Shown: piece by piece, positions 12,765-25,962 of the stretch | How the letters are laid out: each line of letters begins with the position of its first letter | Position numbering within the stretch: the stretch's first letter is position 1 | NCBI GenBank assembly: GCA_964016885.1 | Contig: OZ024745.1 | Location: 79,546,001-79,610,000, forward strand | Origin: Eledone cirrhosa | Taxonomy: Eukaryota | Reading direction: 5' to 3' | Length of the DNA stretch: 64,000 bases | Translations under genes and position numbers: made by a program | Notes under the pieces: generated by a model | What the model was told of the DNA's origin: nothing | What the model saw: only the letters and a program-made list of their open reading frames with translations | The model's database searches: none

Positions 12765-14771
12765 AAACAACTTGACTTTTTTTTCATTTCATAATTTCTC
12801 TCTCTCTTAAAAAAATAAATTCACATCCTTAATTTATCCATTGTTTTATTTCTATCCCCCCACCCGTCTCCTTACTTTTTTTCTACTTTGTGGACTTATA
12901 TTTACACTTTTAATAAAAAGAATCAGTTTTCTAAGTCCTCGTGAAAATGTATTTAAAACTTATGGGATCATATGAAAAATAAAAAAATTCTTTAATTAAA
13001 GGTCTTTATTTCTTATTTATTTTTTTATTTATTTAATTACTTATTTATTCTTTTACTTTTTTATTGGTTTCAATCATTAGGCTGTGGCCTTGCTGGGGCA
13101 TGCCTTAAACAATCAGTTTTCTAAGACCTCTTGAAAATGTATTTAAAAATTATGGTATCTTATGAAAAATAAAAGAATTCTTTTATTAAATGTTTTTATC
13201 TCTTGTTCTTTAAAACTTATCTTCTGTATGTTATATGACCACAGCCATTTAGAAAGAATCTGCCTAATCTATTTTGAGCATAATTTGAGATGGTGGTTGT
13301 TCTATGTTCTCACAATAACAATATTTCCTGAATAATTGGTTAGTGAATATTGTTATCATCATTGTTTAACACCTATTTTTCCATGGGTTAGACAGGTTGT
13401 TCTGAGACAAGTAGGATCAGCTGGCCACGTCTTGTTTTTACAGATCTCTTTTTGGCTTGGTTTTTATGGCTGGATGCCCTTCTTAATTCCAAACAATGTT
13501 GTAGCATGGACTGGGTAGTTTTTATCGTGGCACCAAAACAACCATCTAACAGGATGAATTGTGTACTTTATTGTCATTGTACCAGTATGACCACCTACCA
13601 GACAGACTGCTTTTTGTCTTGTCACAAGCATGACCACCTTACTGGGTGCTTTTTTTTTTTTTCATGTCACTTGCACGACCAACTTACAGGGTGGAGTGGG
13701 TTCAGTTTTCCATGCTTGTATGCATGGGTTGGATGGAAGAGGTTTTCTAATGATTCTTGTAACAATTCTGTGTTAGGATTTCAAATTTCTTAACGTTTTG
13801 TTCCATATTGAAGCCGTATCATCTAATATAAGGAAGGAAATTTTAACCCCATCCACTGTTATTCCTTTCCTACTTTTTCTCAACCTGATATGCCTCTTGT
13901 AAAATGTAGGCACTTCTATATAAGGGTCTTTGATATAAATTTATGGAATAATGCATATGTGTATGGAACCAAGTCTGTATAAGATGGATACCCACTGTGT
14001 ATTCAGCACTAGTTTATTTTGTGTATTTCACAATATTTAAGTTGGTACATATGTTTACCCAGCGTAGTTGGCAACCTTGACTATTGTAATTTAGTAGTCA
14101 CAGTCATTATACATTTGTCGGCTACTGAACATGGTAGATCAAGCTGGCTGATACATTGAACATTGGTATATGTGTGAGCTACTCTATGAGAGGGGAAAGG
14201 TTGGTACCTTGAATATTAGGAGTTAGCAATGATGGTCTTGTTGCATACATCAGCTACCCGATGCCGTCAGGATGTAAGATTATAAATATTTTAATTGGCC
14301 TAATTTCATATTGTTTTTATGGCTGAGCAAGAAGAGAAAGAGTTGCATCCCTTACCATTACCAAAGTATCTGCAGCTGTCAGAAGGAAGGGAGATAAAAT
14401 GTCTCACTTTATGGCATGTGAAACTGTAATAAGGTATTGAGTTGTCTAAACACTGATCACATGGATACAACAGATAGGACTTGACTTGCCCCCACCCCCA
14501 ATAAACAGCTAATTTTATTATGATTTGTACATACGATATCCCATTTGTAATCAAATGTTTCATGAGCTAACTCGCTTGCATAGGTACAAGCAATGTTAGT
14601 CATATCATCAGGTGAGTGTACAAATTAATGGCTGAATGAGATTTAGCTAAATGTCTCGTGGGAAACTTTAAGAGAAAATAAGAAATAACATGAAAGAAGA
14701 GAAGTGATAGAGAGGAGGTAACTCTGGTATGAAAAAGATTCCATTAGAAAATAGTTGGAACAAGAAAAATA

Positions 14772-16087
14772 CGAGGGGGTGGGGGATCAAAAAGTTCGCG
14801 GAATTTTTCAGAAAATATTCTATTTTTCAAAAAGTATGATTTACCTTCAATTTATTTTTCTACATAGTTGCCATCCAGGTCAATACACTTCAGAAGGCGA
14901 TGCTTCCAGCTTTGTAAGCCGTCTCTAAAGAAAGTTGAAGGCCTTGTTCGAAGCTATGTGTTGGCAGTGTTTTTAGCTTCTTCAACACCACTAAAACGGG
15001 TTCCTTTTAGCATTTCTTTGAGTTTTGGAAAGAGGAAAAAGTCTGATGGGGCTAAATCTGGACTATAAGGCGGGTGAGGAAGCACTTCCCATCGAAATTC
15101 TCGAAGAACTTCTTTTGCAACCCGCGCAAAATGCGCTGGTGCATTGTTATGGTCAAACAAGATCCCACCATGAAGTTTCCCTTTTCGTTTCTTGACTAAT
15201 GCCTCTTTCAGTTTCCTTAAAACATTTGCATAGTAAGCTCCTGTCACAGTTCTTTGACCTTCAAGATAATCTATTAGTATCACCCCATCTGAATCCCAGA
15301 AAATGGTGGCCATCACTTTTTTATCCGACTTTTGAGATTTGAACTTGATTGGCCCCGATGATTCACGTGGAAGCCACTGTTTTAACTGCTGTTTGGATTC
15401 AGGATCATACTGGAAGATCCAGGTTTCATCTCTGGTGATGATTCTGGTCAGGAAATGCTCTTCATCAACTTCAAATTTGTTTAATATCGCCAAAGACAGA
15501 TCACTTCAAAGAATCAGCTGATCAGGGCGCAACACTTTTGGGACCCATCACACTGAAAGCTTGCTTAGTCCCAAATTATCATGCAGAATTGAATTTGCCA
15601 AACCATATGAAATGTCTAGGGACTTAGCTAACTGATTAACTGTTATTCTTCAATCTTCTTCAATTAAAGTCTGAGTAGCCTCAACGTTTGGTCATTTTTT
15701 GATGTTCCTAGTCTTCCACTGCGATGGTTGTCTTCAAGGTCGGCTCTCCCTTGTTTGAATCGCTGAATCCACTTGTAGACAGCAATTTTCTTTGGAGCAG
15801 TAGTACCGTAAACTTTAACTAAAGCCTCTATAATCTGTGTCCCTTTCCATTTGAGTTTCACCAGAAACTTGATATTCGATCTTATCTCAAAATAACTATT
15901 TTCCATTGTTCCAAAAAGAGGTTTTTTAGAGAGTGTCAGTACTGTACAATAGTCCGCGCATGACTGACTGCAAGTGACTAATAGCAAGGTAAACACCCAG
16001 TGACAATGTTCTGACATGTTTAATATTGTTTTAACCTATTTTTTTCTTACTACGATAAAATTCCGCGAACTTTTTGATCCCCCCTCG
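14772..16087 (-). mobile_element. Mariner (DD34D) transposon, Hsmar2/irritans-like, full length but defective
   Basis: TA target duplications at 14770-14771 and 16088-16089. TIRs CGAGGGG..GATCAAAAAGTTCGCGGAATTTT. Transposase motifs AVYKWIQRFK, ITRDETW, HNNAPAH and YSPDLAPSDFFLF, with frameshifts and stops. Confidence 0.95.
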
Positions 16088-17280
16088 TATATAGAGACTG
16101 CTAGTTGATATACCGGATAGACAATTAGGTAAGAGTTATATTGAATGGAAGGAAAGAATCAAATAAAGTCAACAATAAAGATGGTGTGTTTGTGGTCAGA
16201 GAGATAATATATAATCTGTCATTAGTAAAGAGGGGCACACACAAAGTTAATGAGAGAATATGTGTATTAGAATATTGTATAAGGAATGAGGGACTCCTAA
16301 CTTGTAGGGTATTTCTAAGGTAGGTTTTGTCCATTTAGCTGTGCAGCCATTGGCCGGATGGTTGGTGTGAACAGTTCCTGAAAATCTCACTTTTGGAATT
16401 GAGATATTCTTTAGATAATTTTAAGCCCTGAGGTATTCTGGTTTTCTTGCTGGTACAAAGTTTACATTTCCTTGATTCGTTGAAATATGGATTACACTTT
16501 TCCAGTATTCTCCATTTTATTTTATGGGGTACACATTATTCCTTTAATTTCCATACAGGTTTGGCCAGGGTAGATATGTACTCCTCTTGAATGTGCAAAT
16601 GTGTGAGTACTTAACATACATGTACCTGTCTAGTGTCTGTGCATGTATTTTTGTATTTGTATGTTTGTGTTTTATTTTCGTTCTTATATATTTTGGTGGT
16701 TCGACGAAAAAGGGATCAATAAAATAACAAGGTTTAAAAAAATAACAACAGTTGATACTTGTAAAAATGTTTAGACATTAAATTACTTTGAAGTGGTGGC
16801 CCAAAATAGCTGCAGTCTAATAACTGAAATCAGTGAAAGAATAAACAAAAAACTGTTTCTGCATGACCTTCACTGTGACAGATGAAATGAATTAATCTAA
16901 AGAACCAGCACGTCGAACAGGAATGTCAACTTCACAAACATGTTATCTCTCTATAAAATGTTATCTTCATCTGCAACATATAGCGGTCATCTGTCTTGTT
17001 GCTCTGTGAGAGATAACAGTTATGAGGCAATTTTTCATTACAAAATGTATTACTATGTAAAATGTGTAAGAATGTCTAGAAGGTAAAAATAACAACTGCA
17101 GCAACAACAACAACATTAGTCTCTAATTCTCGACTATATATCTAATAGAGCCAATTACACTAGTTTCCTTTAACTAAAACTTTCATTTGTAATGAATTTG
17201 TTGTGTTTATATATTCTGCATAAAGCTTGTACTGTGGGACATGCCCTTCATCAGTTGTTGACTGATGATTTCTATGATCT

Positions 17281-17792
17281 CATATCATCATCATCACCGT
17301 TTTACGTCCGTTCTTCCACGCTAGCATGGGTTAGACGGGTTGTCTTGTTGTGGGCAGTGTCTGGTCGGCTGACCATGCCTTGCTCATACAGGAACTGATT
17401 TGGGTTGATTTCTACAGCTGGATGCCCTTCCTAACACCAACCTCATTTACAGTGAGTGCTGGGTGCTTTTTCGTGACGCCTACACGTCCACTTTACAGTG
17501 TGGACTGGGTGCTTTTTTGCAGTGGCACCTCCACGACCACCTTGCAGTGGGGGGTGTGGGGGCATATTGTCTATATGCTTCAGCTTGTACCCATGGAAGG
17601 TCGGGTACTCTGTATTACTGCGTAACGCCAGAGGTCACGGTCGTGTGTCATTGCCTTTGAGAGGTGTAATTGGGTAAGGTCAGCTTTTATCACCTCATCC
17701 CAGGTCATCTTGGGTTTCCCCACTCCGCGGTTTCCATCGACTTCTAGTGCTCTGCACCTTTTTATGCAGCTGTCATCCTTCATACGCATCAC
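17281..17792 (-). mobile_element. 3' end of an RTE LINE related to 3319-7035
   Basis: MRMKDDSCIKRCRALEVDGNRGVGKPKMTWDEVIKADL..DRDLWRYAVIQ, plus the shared 3'UTR and an (ATG)n tail at ~17281. Confidence 0.8.
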
Positions 17793-18237
17793 ATATATAA
17801 ATATATATTCTATTTGTTATATATATATATATTCTATGCCAGAATCAGTTCCCGTCCCACCCCTGCAAGCAGGGAAAAGCGGACGTAAAATGAAATGATG
17901 ATGATATATATAGTTGAAAAAGGGGGTAAAGTTCCATAAAAAAGTTTACACTGGGGAACATTTTTGAAAAAAGTTTTAGTTGTCTTGCTTTTTATAATTG
18001 TTCCTACCTAATTTGATGGTTCAGAAATGCCCTCAGAAATATTTTATCACATCAAGTTTTTTTTTTATTAAACAGGAATTCATTTTTTACAAAAAAATGT
18101 CAATTTGCCATTAAATACAATACTGAAATAAGAAACAGAAATCAAATAGTACTTTTCATTGTTTAACAAATATATTGCTTAAAATGTTTAATTACACATC
18201 TTAATATTGATATTTGACAAACTGGAGTTTCAGCTAC

Positions 18238-18790
18238 TCAAAGAGTGAATCCTCTCTTTGGTGCTTTGTGTGAATAACTTGCATTACGACAGTCTCTTTG
18301 CAGACACCAGCTGTAGTCAGCTATCATGTTTGAGTTCCACCTGTCTTGATACTTTGACTCCATGGTCTTGATGTTTTGGTGGAATTTTTTTCCTTGCTCA
18401 TTACTCATTGCACCAAGATTTTCAGGGAAGTAGTCCAGATAACTGTACAGGCAATGGACTTTTACACTTATGTTGCAGCCAACTGCTTGAAAACTGGTTA
18501 ACAGGGCCTGCAAAAGTTCTTCATAATTTGACAACTTCCTATTTCCCAGGAAATCAGATATAACTGCAGCAAAAGCATTCCACACTTGATTTTCAATGCC
18601 ATATAAAATCTCCTAAAACTGCTTATCCTAATCTGTGGCCCATCAAACACACCAGCCTTAATTTTCTCACAAGACAAATCTAAAAACTTTCTGCTAAAGT
18701 ATTTGAAACAGTCACCATCCTGGTCGATGGTTTTTACAAACTGTTTCATCAGCCCGAGCTTGATATGCAATGGGGGAAGCAAAACCTTTC
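18238..18790 (-). mobile_element. DDE transposase C-terminal remnant, Chapaev-like
   Basis: LPPLHIKLGLMKQFVK..KIKAGVFDGPQIR..FLGN..KVH..YLDYFPENLGAMSNEQGKKFHQ..MIADYSW, frameshifted. The superfamily assignment is from recall. Confidence 0.65.
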
Positions 18791-19705
18791 TGTGACCTCA
18801 CCTTTACACTATTAAGAGTGCATTCGACATACCAATTTTCATAAGAAATAGGTAAAGGATCAACAAAACATGTCTCATTTGGTTTGCAATGATAGTCGCA
18901 CTAAATCAAGCAAAGTGTGGGCAAATATAGTAAATTCCACAAATATACTTGTATGATGTCAAGGACTACACAAATGTGTTGTTTATTAATAACTAATTGT
19001 TTAAGGGATATTTCTGTCATCATCATGGCATTTAAAACTGGTTAGACTGAAAATAGTGAATGTTGCTCACATTTGATGCTTTTTATTTATTGAAAATACT
19101 TAAAATCATGACTTGTTTTCACTTTTGTTGTTGCATTTACTTTAAATGACATTGAAAAACTATGTTGTCAAAGCTCCATACATTGGACTATATTTTATGA
19201 AACCAAATCCATCCTTAAAAATGGTGACAATACCGGAAATGCTGAAAAATTGAATACGTGATATGATAGATGAAAATGGATTTCATCTTTGAAAGCAGCA
19301 CCTCTAAATTACTAGGAAACATTTCTCCAACACCAGACAGAAAAAGATCATGTTCCCCAGTATTAAAAGTAAAAAGTAAAAGTGAAAAACATAGGGTATA
19401 TTTAAAAATTATTTTTTCCTTTAATCCGATGGATTGAATATTTTTATAATTGTTAAATGATTTGAATTGTCTCAAATATTACCAGTTTTGGTTGGTATGT
19501 CAATCTTATCAGATTTAAAAAAAAGTATATTCTCATATTCTCTTGGCAGTTAGAACATACGTGAATTTTCTGTCAAAATTTCTTTCTTAAATATATATAT
19601 AAATGTATATATACAGTGGCAGACTGGGTCTAAAAATATTGGTTGCCAGAAGATGAAGGAGGCCCACCTACATATAGGATGCTATCATTTAATTTTTATA
19701 ATGAA

Positions 19706-20604
19706 CTAGCAGCAGGACCCGGCGTTGCACTGGGTAGGAAACATGAATTAGCACACTCATATGAGTATTTCATTGACACATGTACCAATTACATAATTCT
19801 TTGAGTGAATCAATGTGACAGCATAGAAATGGCATTCTTTACTTTAACATCTACCGCTGTCACCACCACCACAACAACCGCCACTACCATCATCAACACA
19901 ACAACCATCAGCAGCAACAACAACACCACCACCACCACTATTATCACCACCACCATACCCAACACCACCACCACCACTAACACCACACACACACACCACA
20001 ACCTCCACCACTACCATCACCCCCACTACCACCATCACCCCCACACCTCCTAGCCCCCCCCCCCCCACACTCACCACCGCCACCACCACCAAACACACAC
20101 CAGCACCAGCACTATCACTACCACCACCACCACAACCACGACCACACTCACCGCCACCACCACACACACACCAGCACCAGCACCATTACTAACATCATCA
20201 CCATAACCACACTCACCACCACCATACACACACCAGCACCAGCACCATCACAATCACACTCATCACCATCACCAACAACAACACAACCACCACACACACA
20301 CCAGCACCAGCACCATTACTAACATCATCACCATAACCACACTCACCACCACCACCACCATACACACACCAGCACCAGCACCATCACAATCACACTCACC
20401 ACCATCACCAACAACAACACAACCAGCCCACATACACAGCCCCCCCCCCCACCATATACACATCAGCACCAGCACCATCACTATCACCACCACCACATAT
20501 ACACACACACCACCACACCATAAATAGTAAACACGTGAAATGTTTTGGAATGTCAAATTCTCGACAAACACTCAGAGCAGTCAGTATATATAATATATAA
20601 AAGA
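19706..20604 (-). mobile_element. Non-autonomous Helitron-like element containing a CAC/ACC-rich satellite
   Basis: Minus-strand 3' end reads acccagtgcaacgccgggt (hairpin) then cctgctgCTAG|T; the 5' end reads TCTTTTATATATTATA. Confidence 0.55.
19860..20520. repeat. Degenerate (CAC/ACC/CA)n low-complexity satellite with an internal ~135 bp duplication
   Basis: Direct inspection; the Thr/His/Val/Gly-rich ORFs here are spurious. Confidence 0.9.
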
Positions 20605-20989
20605 CTGAAACGCGCCCTTAAGCGTGCACACAGATATATATATATATATATGCAAAAGTTCTATTTAAAGTTGTTGGGATACAAGTAAATATTTTTATAA
20701 CTGATATAAAGCACTCGACAAGTTTTTGGAGTAGATATACGATATTAATAAATGGAAACTATATTTATAAAACCATATTTATTTCATTATACATATTTCA
20801 GGGATACCACATTAAATTATGGTATGCCTTCATCAGACAAAATTCTTTCTCTCCGTCTTTTTCCAATTGTGCTTAACACTATGACTTATTAAAACAATGT
20901 AAACAAATCACTATCCAGACAGCCTCCAAAAGTAATGGTTGTATTTTAAAAGGGTACGTCAAAGCTATTTGTAAAACTGTTATATATTG

Positions 20990-21054
20990 TATTTTGTCTG
21001 ATGAAGGCATACCATAATTTAATGTGGTATCCCTGAAATATGTATAATGAAATA
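20990..21054 (+). ncRNA. Type I hammerhead ribozyme motif (inverted copy at 20780-20843)
   Basis: Stem I TATTTTGT/ATGAAATA, core CTGATGA (20998-21004), stem II AGGcATACCATA/TGTGGTATcCCT, GAAA (21035-21038), mini stem III, predicted AUA cleavage after 21046. Confidence 0.7.
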
Positions 21055-21104
21055 AATATTGTTTTATAAATATAGTTTCCATTTATTAATATCGTATATA
21101 TATA

Positions 21105-21228
21105 TATAATTGTTTCTACTTTTGGCACAAGGCCAGGAATTATCTCAGTGTATTACTGGTACTTTATTTTATCGACCCTGTAAGGATGAAAGGCAAAGTT
21201 AACCTCGGCGGGATTTGAACTCAGACCA
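21105..21228 (-). mobile_element. tRNA-derived SINE fragment of a second family (other copies ~42098-42220, 50065-50250, 51655-51865, 55815-55950, 57800-57935)
   Basis: B box GAGTTCAAATCC followed by the conserved core gaggttaactttgcctttcatcc..gtcgataaaataaagtacc, which recurs across the window. Confidence 0.75.
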
Positions 21229-21229
21229 T

Positions 21230-21742
21230 TCTTCTCCCCCACCCCTCTATCCACACACGCACACACACTCCGACCTACACGCCACCCCACACACACCTCT
21301 TCCTGAACATGCAACCCCGTTCTTCCCCCAACCCTTGCTTTCACATACACACACACACACACGTACACCTACACACACACACACCACCTTCAGCCCTCCT
21401 CGTTCGGACACCCCGTCTCCCTCTCCCACTCCCCCCGCCACCACCCCTACAAGCCCCACACCCTTCCACCACCTGTTTTACCCCATTTTTATTTTATTTT
21501 ATTTTGATCATGTTTTTATTTTTAATTTCATTCGCACGGTTTCCTCCCACCCCCTTTTCGCTATATGTCTCTCCACCACTCCCCTACACACCCTTTGAAC
21601 TCTCTTCCCACACACTTTTCACCTGAAGAAGGGCTTATGCCCGAAACGTCGTTCCCCACCACCACCCCACTCTCAAGAGCGTGAAATTAATAAACATTCG
21701 TTGTACTGCCTCTCTGTTTTGTTCCTGTTCAAATTTTCCATT
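21230..21742 (+). mobile_element. 3' fragment/pLTR of the Neptune-type PLE at 26022-29655
   Basis: Diverged reverse complement of ~26022-26610; contains a hammerhead core and ends in (TA)n. Confidence 0.8.
21621..21652 (+). ncRNA. Minimal PLE hammerhead ribozyme (second copy 26113-26144, minus strand)
   Basis: AC-CTGAAGA-A-GGGC ttat GCCC-GAAA-CG-TC|GT, with the palindromic ACGT stem III typical of dimeric PLE hammerheads. Confidence 0.75.
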
Positions 21743-22174
21743 ATATATAATATATACTAATATACATCTATACATTGCTCTGGTAGCGGTTCGTTTGTCC
21801 ACCTCTTTTGCTTGCCGTTTGTTGTATATGATCCTAGATGTGTGTGTTACCTGCTTGTGTGTTTATTTTTATTTTTCCCTTTTCTTTTGTCGCTTTTTAT
21901 TTGTAATATGATATATAAATAAAAAAATAAAGAAATCAATATTATGATGACGGTTGTTGATAAAATTTCGTCATTACTGATTAATCATATATATATATAT
22001 ATGTATATGAAACGTGTATATAAAACGTGTATATAAAACGTGTGTTGAAACCGATAGTGTTATACTTTGGAAGGGTGTGTTTCTTATTGGCAACATGACC
22101 CTCCCAAAGTATAACACTATCGGTTTCAACACACGTTTTCAGATAAAGAATCTTGCTAAACAAATTCAGAAACG

Positions 22175-22240
<66 letters not shown>

Positions 22241-22242
<2 letters not shown>

Positions 22243-23021
22243 GAATGAAAAATGGCGTGCTGTGTTGTTTCATATGTGATATACAAATTAAAATGAAGAA
22301 TTAGAAATAGAAGCCAGGACTATCCATCATCAGTGGTCTACTAGCCATCATAGGTATTTCTTCGCATTAAAGACCAGATACCTCAGGCTAGCGCGAACAA
22401 TAACTAAAATAAGTTATTGGGATAAAAAGAATTGGGTGGAGAAAGAGAGAGAGGTAAACAAACACGAATGGTGAGGCAACGTAAAGAGAGGAAAAAATGA
22501 GAAAATCAAGTCAATGATTCATTTGAACATAAGAACTTGCGAATATTGACGAGAAGACGAGAGACACATCCCAACCATGCGAAAGTAAGCGAGGAAAGAA
22601 TTTCGCACGGTGTGGGACGACGGAGGAAGTGAGAGAGAGGGTGAGTAGCGGAGAGTGAGTGAGTGAAAGTGTGAGGAAGAGGCTAGCCGAGAGAGGGTGA
22701 CTAGCAGAGGGGGTGAATGAAAGTAAGAGGGAGAAGGAGAGAGAAGGTGGGGAGAGAAAGAGGATAGCAGTAAAGGAAGAGAAAAAGACAGGTCACAGCG
22801 AAGGGGAAAGCATATAGGAATGAAAAATGGCGTGCTGTGTTGTTGCATATGTGATATACAAATTAAAATGAAGAATTAGAAATAGAAGCCAGGACTATCC
22901 ATCATCAGTGGTCTACTAGCCATCATAGGTATTTCTTCGCATTAAAGGCCAGACACCTCAGGCTAGCGCGAACAATAACTAAAATAAGTTATTGGGATAA
23001 AAAGAATTGGGTGGAGAAAGA
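22241..23021. repeat. Two ~205 bp direct repeats (22241-22445, 22816-23021) around a GA-rich spacer, flanked by (TA)n
   Basis: Near-identical copies read directly from the sequence. Confidence 0.85.
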
Positions 23022-23136
23022 TATATATATATATATATATATAAAATGTGGGTAATATTAAATATTACCCAATTACAAGTATGAGAATAGCTCAATGTAA
23101 AATAAGAAGTATATTACACACACACACACACACACA

Positions 23137-23702
23137 TCTCCTTATAATATATAACCAGCAATTTCTTTGTCTGTCTGTCCGACAGTGGAAACACGTGCGC
23201 GCGTGCGAATGTTTTTTGCGCACGCGTAGAGAGAGAGTGAGAGTGAAAGAAAGAGACAGACTACGAGAGGGGGATAGCGGGAGGGAGAGAGGGAGAGAGA
23301 GAGAGTGAATAGACGCTAAAACACGTGCGCGCGTGCGAATGTTTTTTGCGCACGCGTAGAGAGAGAGAGTGAGAGTGAAAGAAAGGAGACAGACTACAAG
23401 AGGGGGATAGCGGGAGGGAGAGAGGGGGGAATTGAGGAGTGCTACAGAAACATATATACATTTCTGTGTGTGTGTAATATATATATATATACACACACAT
23501 AAAATATATATATATACACACAGAAATATATATACATTTCTGTGTGTGTAATATATATATATATACACACAGAAATATATATACATTTCTGTGTGTGCAA
23601 TATATATATATATATACACACACAGAAATATATATACATTTCTGTGTGTGTAATATATATATATACTAGCAGAAAACCGCCCCTCGGGTGGTTTTCTGCT
23701 AG
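23137..23702 (+). mobile_element. Non-autonomous Helitron-like element with internal minisatellites
   Basis: Starts A|TCTCCTTATAATATATA..TGTCTGTCTGTC and ends in hairpin ccgccc-ctc-gggtgg plus CTAG|T. Confidence 0.6.
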
Positions 23703-24560
23703 TCTATATATATAAAACTGAGGATGTCTGTCTGTATGTGAGTTTGAATCCGTAAAACTCGAGAACCACCCAACCGACTGTTTTCAAACTTTTATACATG
23801 TAATATTTATGTTTTAGGGAGTGTTCTGAGCAAAGAAAATTTCAAATTTTCAATGCCGTAGGGACCGCATTAGGCGATTTAGCGATCTCTCTCTATAATT
23901 CTTAGTCTTTCTCTTTTTAGATAGATACATACATATAACGTCGCGCCCTTATAATATCTGTCTGTATGTCTGACTGTCTGCATTACGTCACTTCCCTGAG
24001 GACGTGTGTGTGTGTGTGTGAGTTTGAATCCCTAAAACTCGAGAAGTACCGAACCGACTTTTTTCAAACTTTACATGTGTATTACTTATATTTCAGGGAG
24101 GGTTATGCACATAAAAAATTCAACTTTTTGATCCCCTAGGACCCGCATTAGTTGAAAAATGCCAGACTGATTTCCTTGAAATTGTAACTATGTATTAGTC
24201 AGTCTCTTCTTCATACCGTGAGCAAAGAAAATCCAACTTTTTTATGGCCTAGGGCCCACATTAGGTGAAAAACTATATTTTCAGCTTTTTAGGGCTTTTT
24301 TGAGGCGTTACATCTAGCTGATTTTCCCGAAATTTAAAGGCATATTATGTAAATAAAAGAAATTCATTTTCTTGATCCCCTAGGGCCCGCATTAGGTGAA
24401 AACCTGCATTTTTCCTGCCTCATCGAGGAAAATCTTAAAGATTATCCATCAGAGTATTCGGTTTATTTTCTTTACATATTGTCCACGCATGCAGTTTTTC
24501 CACAATTAGGTCTGTTGGCGGCCCGCGTTCCAAAATACCTTATCCCGTGCAACGCCGGAT
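23703..24560 (+). mobile_element. Non-autonomous Helitron-like element (3' CTAG lost)
   Basis: Starts TCTATATATATAAAA..TGTCTGTCTG; carries internal subrepeats; ends cccgtgcaacgccgg, the same hairpin type as at 19706. Related to 46164-46712. Confidence 0.55.
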
Positions 24561-25871
24561 ATATATATAATTACAACAGTGACATAAAAAAGTACTTAAG
24601 TTTCGTTGGGTTCTCGACCCCAACTCATGCAGCCTGTCATAAGAAACACACACGTATTTTACCATTCTAGTAAACTCACCTTGCTAAGTTAAAATGTCTC
24701 ATTGGCGAGATTTAATAAGATAGAAATATATCCGATAATTTCACTAAATTAGCATATAGACAACGTCCAATCCTATTGTATTGGCTAAAATTCTTCTCAA
24801 AATTTTGATAATCTTAGGCTCTTGCTAGCTTCTCACGATTTGAACTAATCTGTTCTCCATGCAACCACCACACAAAAAACAAAAAAACAAAAAAACAAAA
24901 AAACAAAAAATAAAAACAAAACAAAACAAAACAAAAACAAACGAGTGCAGATGTAACCACTCCAACTAAGCATCTACTATTTTGTATGATCTCTTGGTGA
25001 TGATTTGGTCTTTCCTCTCAGCTTTGGTTTTTCTCTCACATATGTGTCTGTCATATCAACGATAGAGCATTTACTGCTTCCTAATTCCAATGCCAGCCAG
25101 GTAACATACTGTGAATCTAATTATAAACCCACGACACCCCACCTTTACTGGATCAATGTATACTGCTGTCCTCGTGCTTCATACGATTTTTTTTTTCGGT
25201 GTTTCTTTTTGTTCGTAATTGGCCTTTCCTCATCTAGCACCAGTTTACTTCTTTCCTAATCATAGCTTTCCCAAATATAGCTCTGTATTTCATGAACAAT
25301 CTAAGCAAATCTGTTTAATTTTCTAGCTGCCAATCTACTGCTCTGTTTTTTTCTTAGTGGTAACAAAACCCTTTTGAGTGCAGAGACAGTTAATAGTTTC
25401 CTGGTATTTGTAACACTCAATGTAACAGATAGAGAGACAATTGATATAACTATTCAACATAAAAGTTTCTTCTGACTATATCTCAACTCGAAATTTTATT
25501 AATTCCAGTATTATAAATATTTCTTGATCTTTAGATCATTGACAAAAAATTACGGGTTATGCTGATATATTTTGCAATTGTAGGACTTAACTCATAGCCA
25601 CTGGATTGTTTTAAAATAGATGACAGAGCAACCCTACAAAGCGGCCAGTTAAGAAAACAGAAATTTGGAATGAAAATCAAAATCCGTTGAAGGATGGAGA
25701 AACGTATGACAGACAGCGTCCATACTGAAACTTTACACACACACAGACATCGGTTACTTGATTAGAAATAACTTTCTTATCAGGGAAATTAAATGCCAGT
25801 TCCTTATAGACTCACAAAACGTCATTTTTGCATTTCTGTGTTTGTTTTGCTTTGTTTCATATATATATCTA

Positions 25872-25962
<91 letters not shown>

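Noticed and set aside
22320-22395. Hammerhead, SECIS or C/D-box reading of the hairpin and CTGATGA
   Set aside because: No GAAA with stem III conserved in both repeats, spacing does not fit a SECIS, and there is no UGA-containing ORF.
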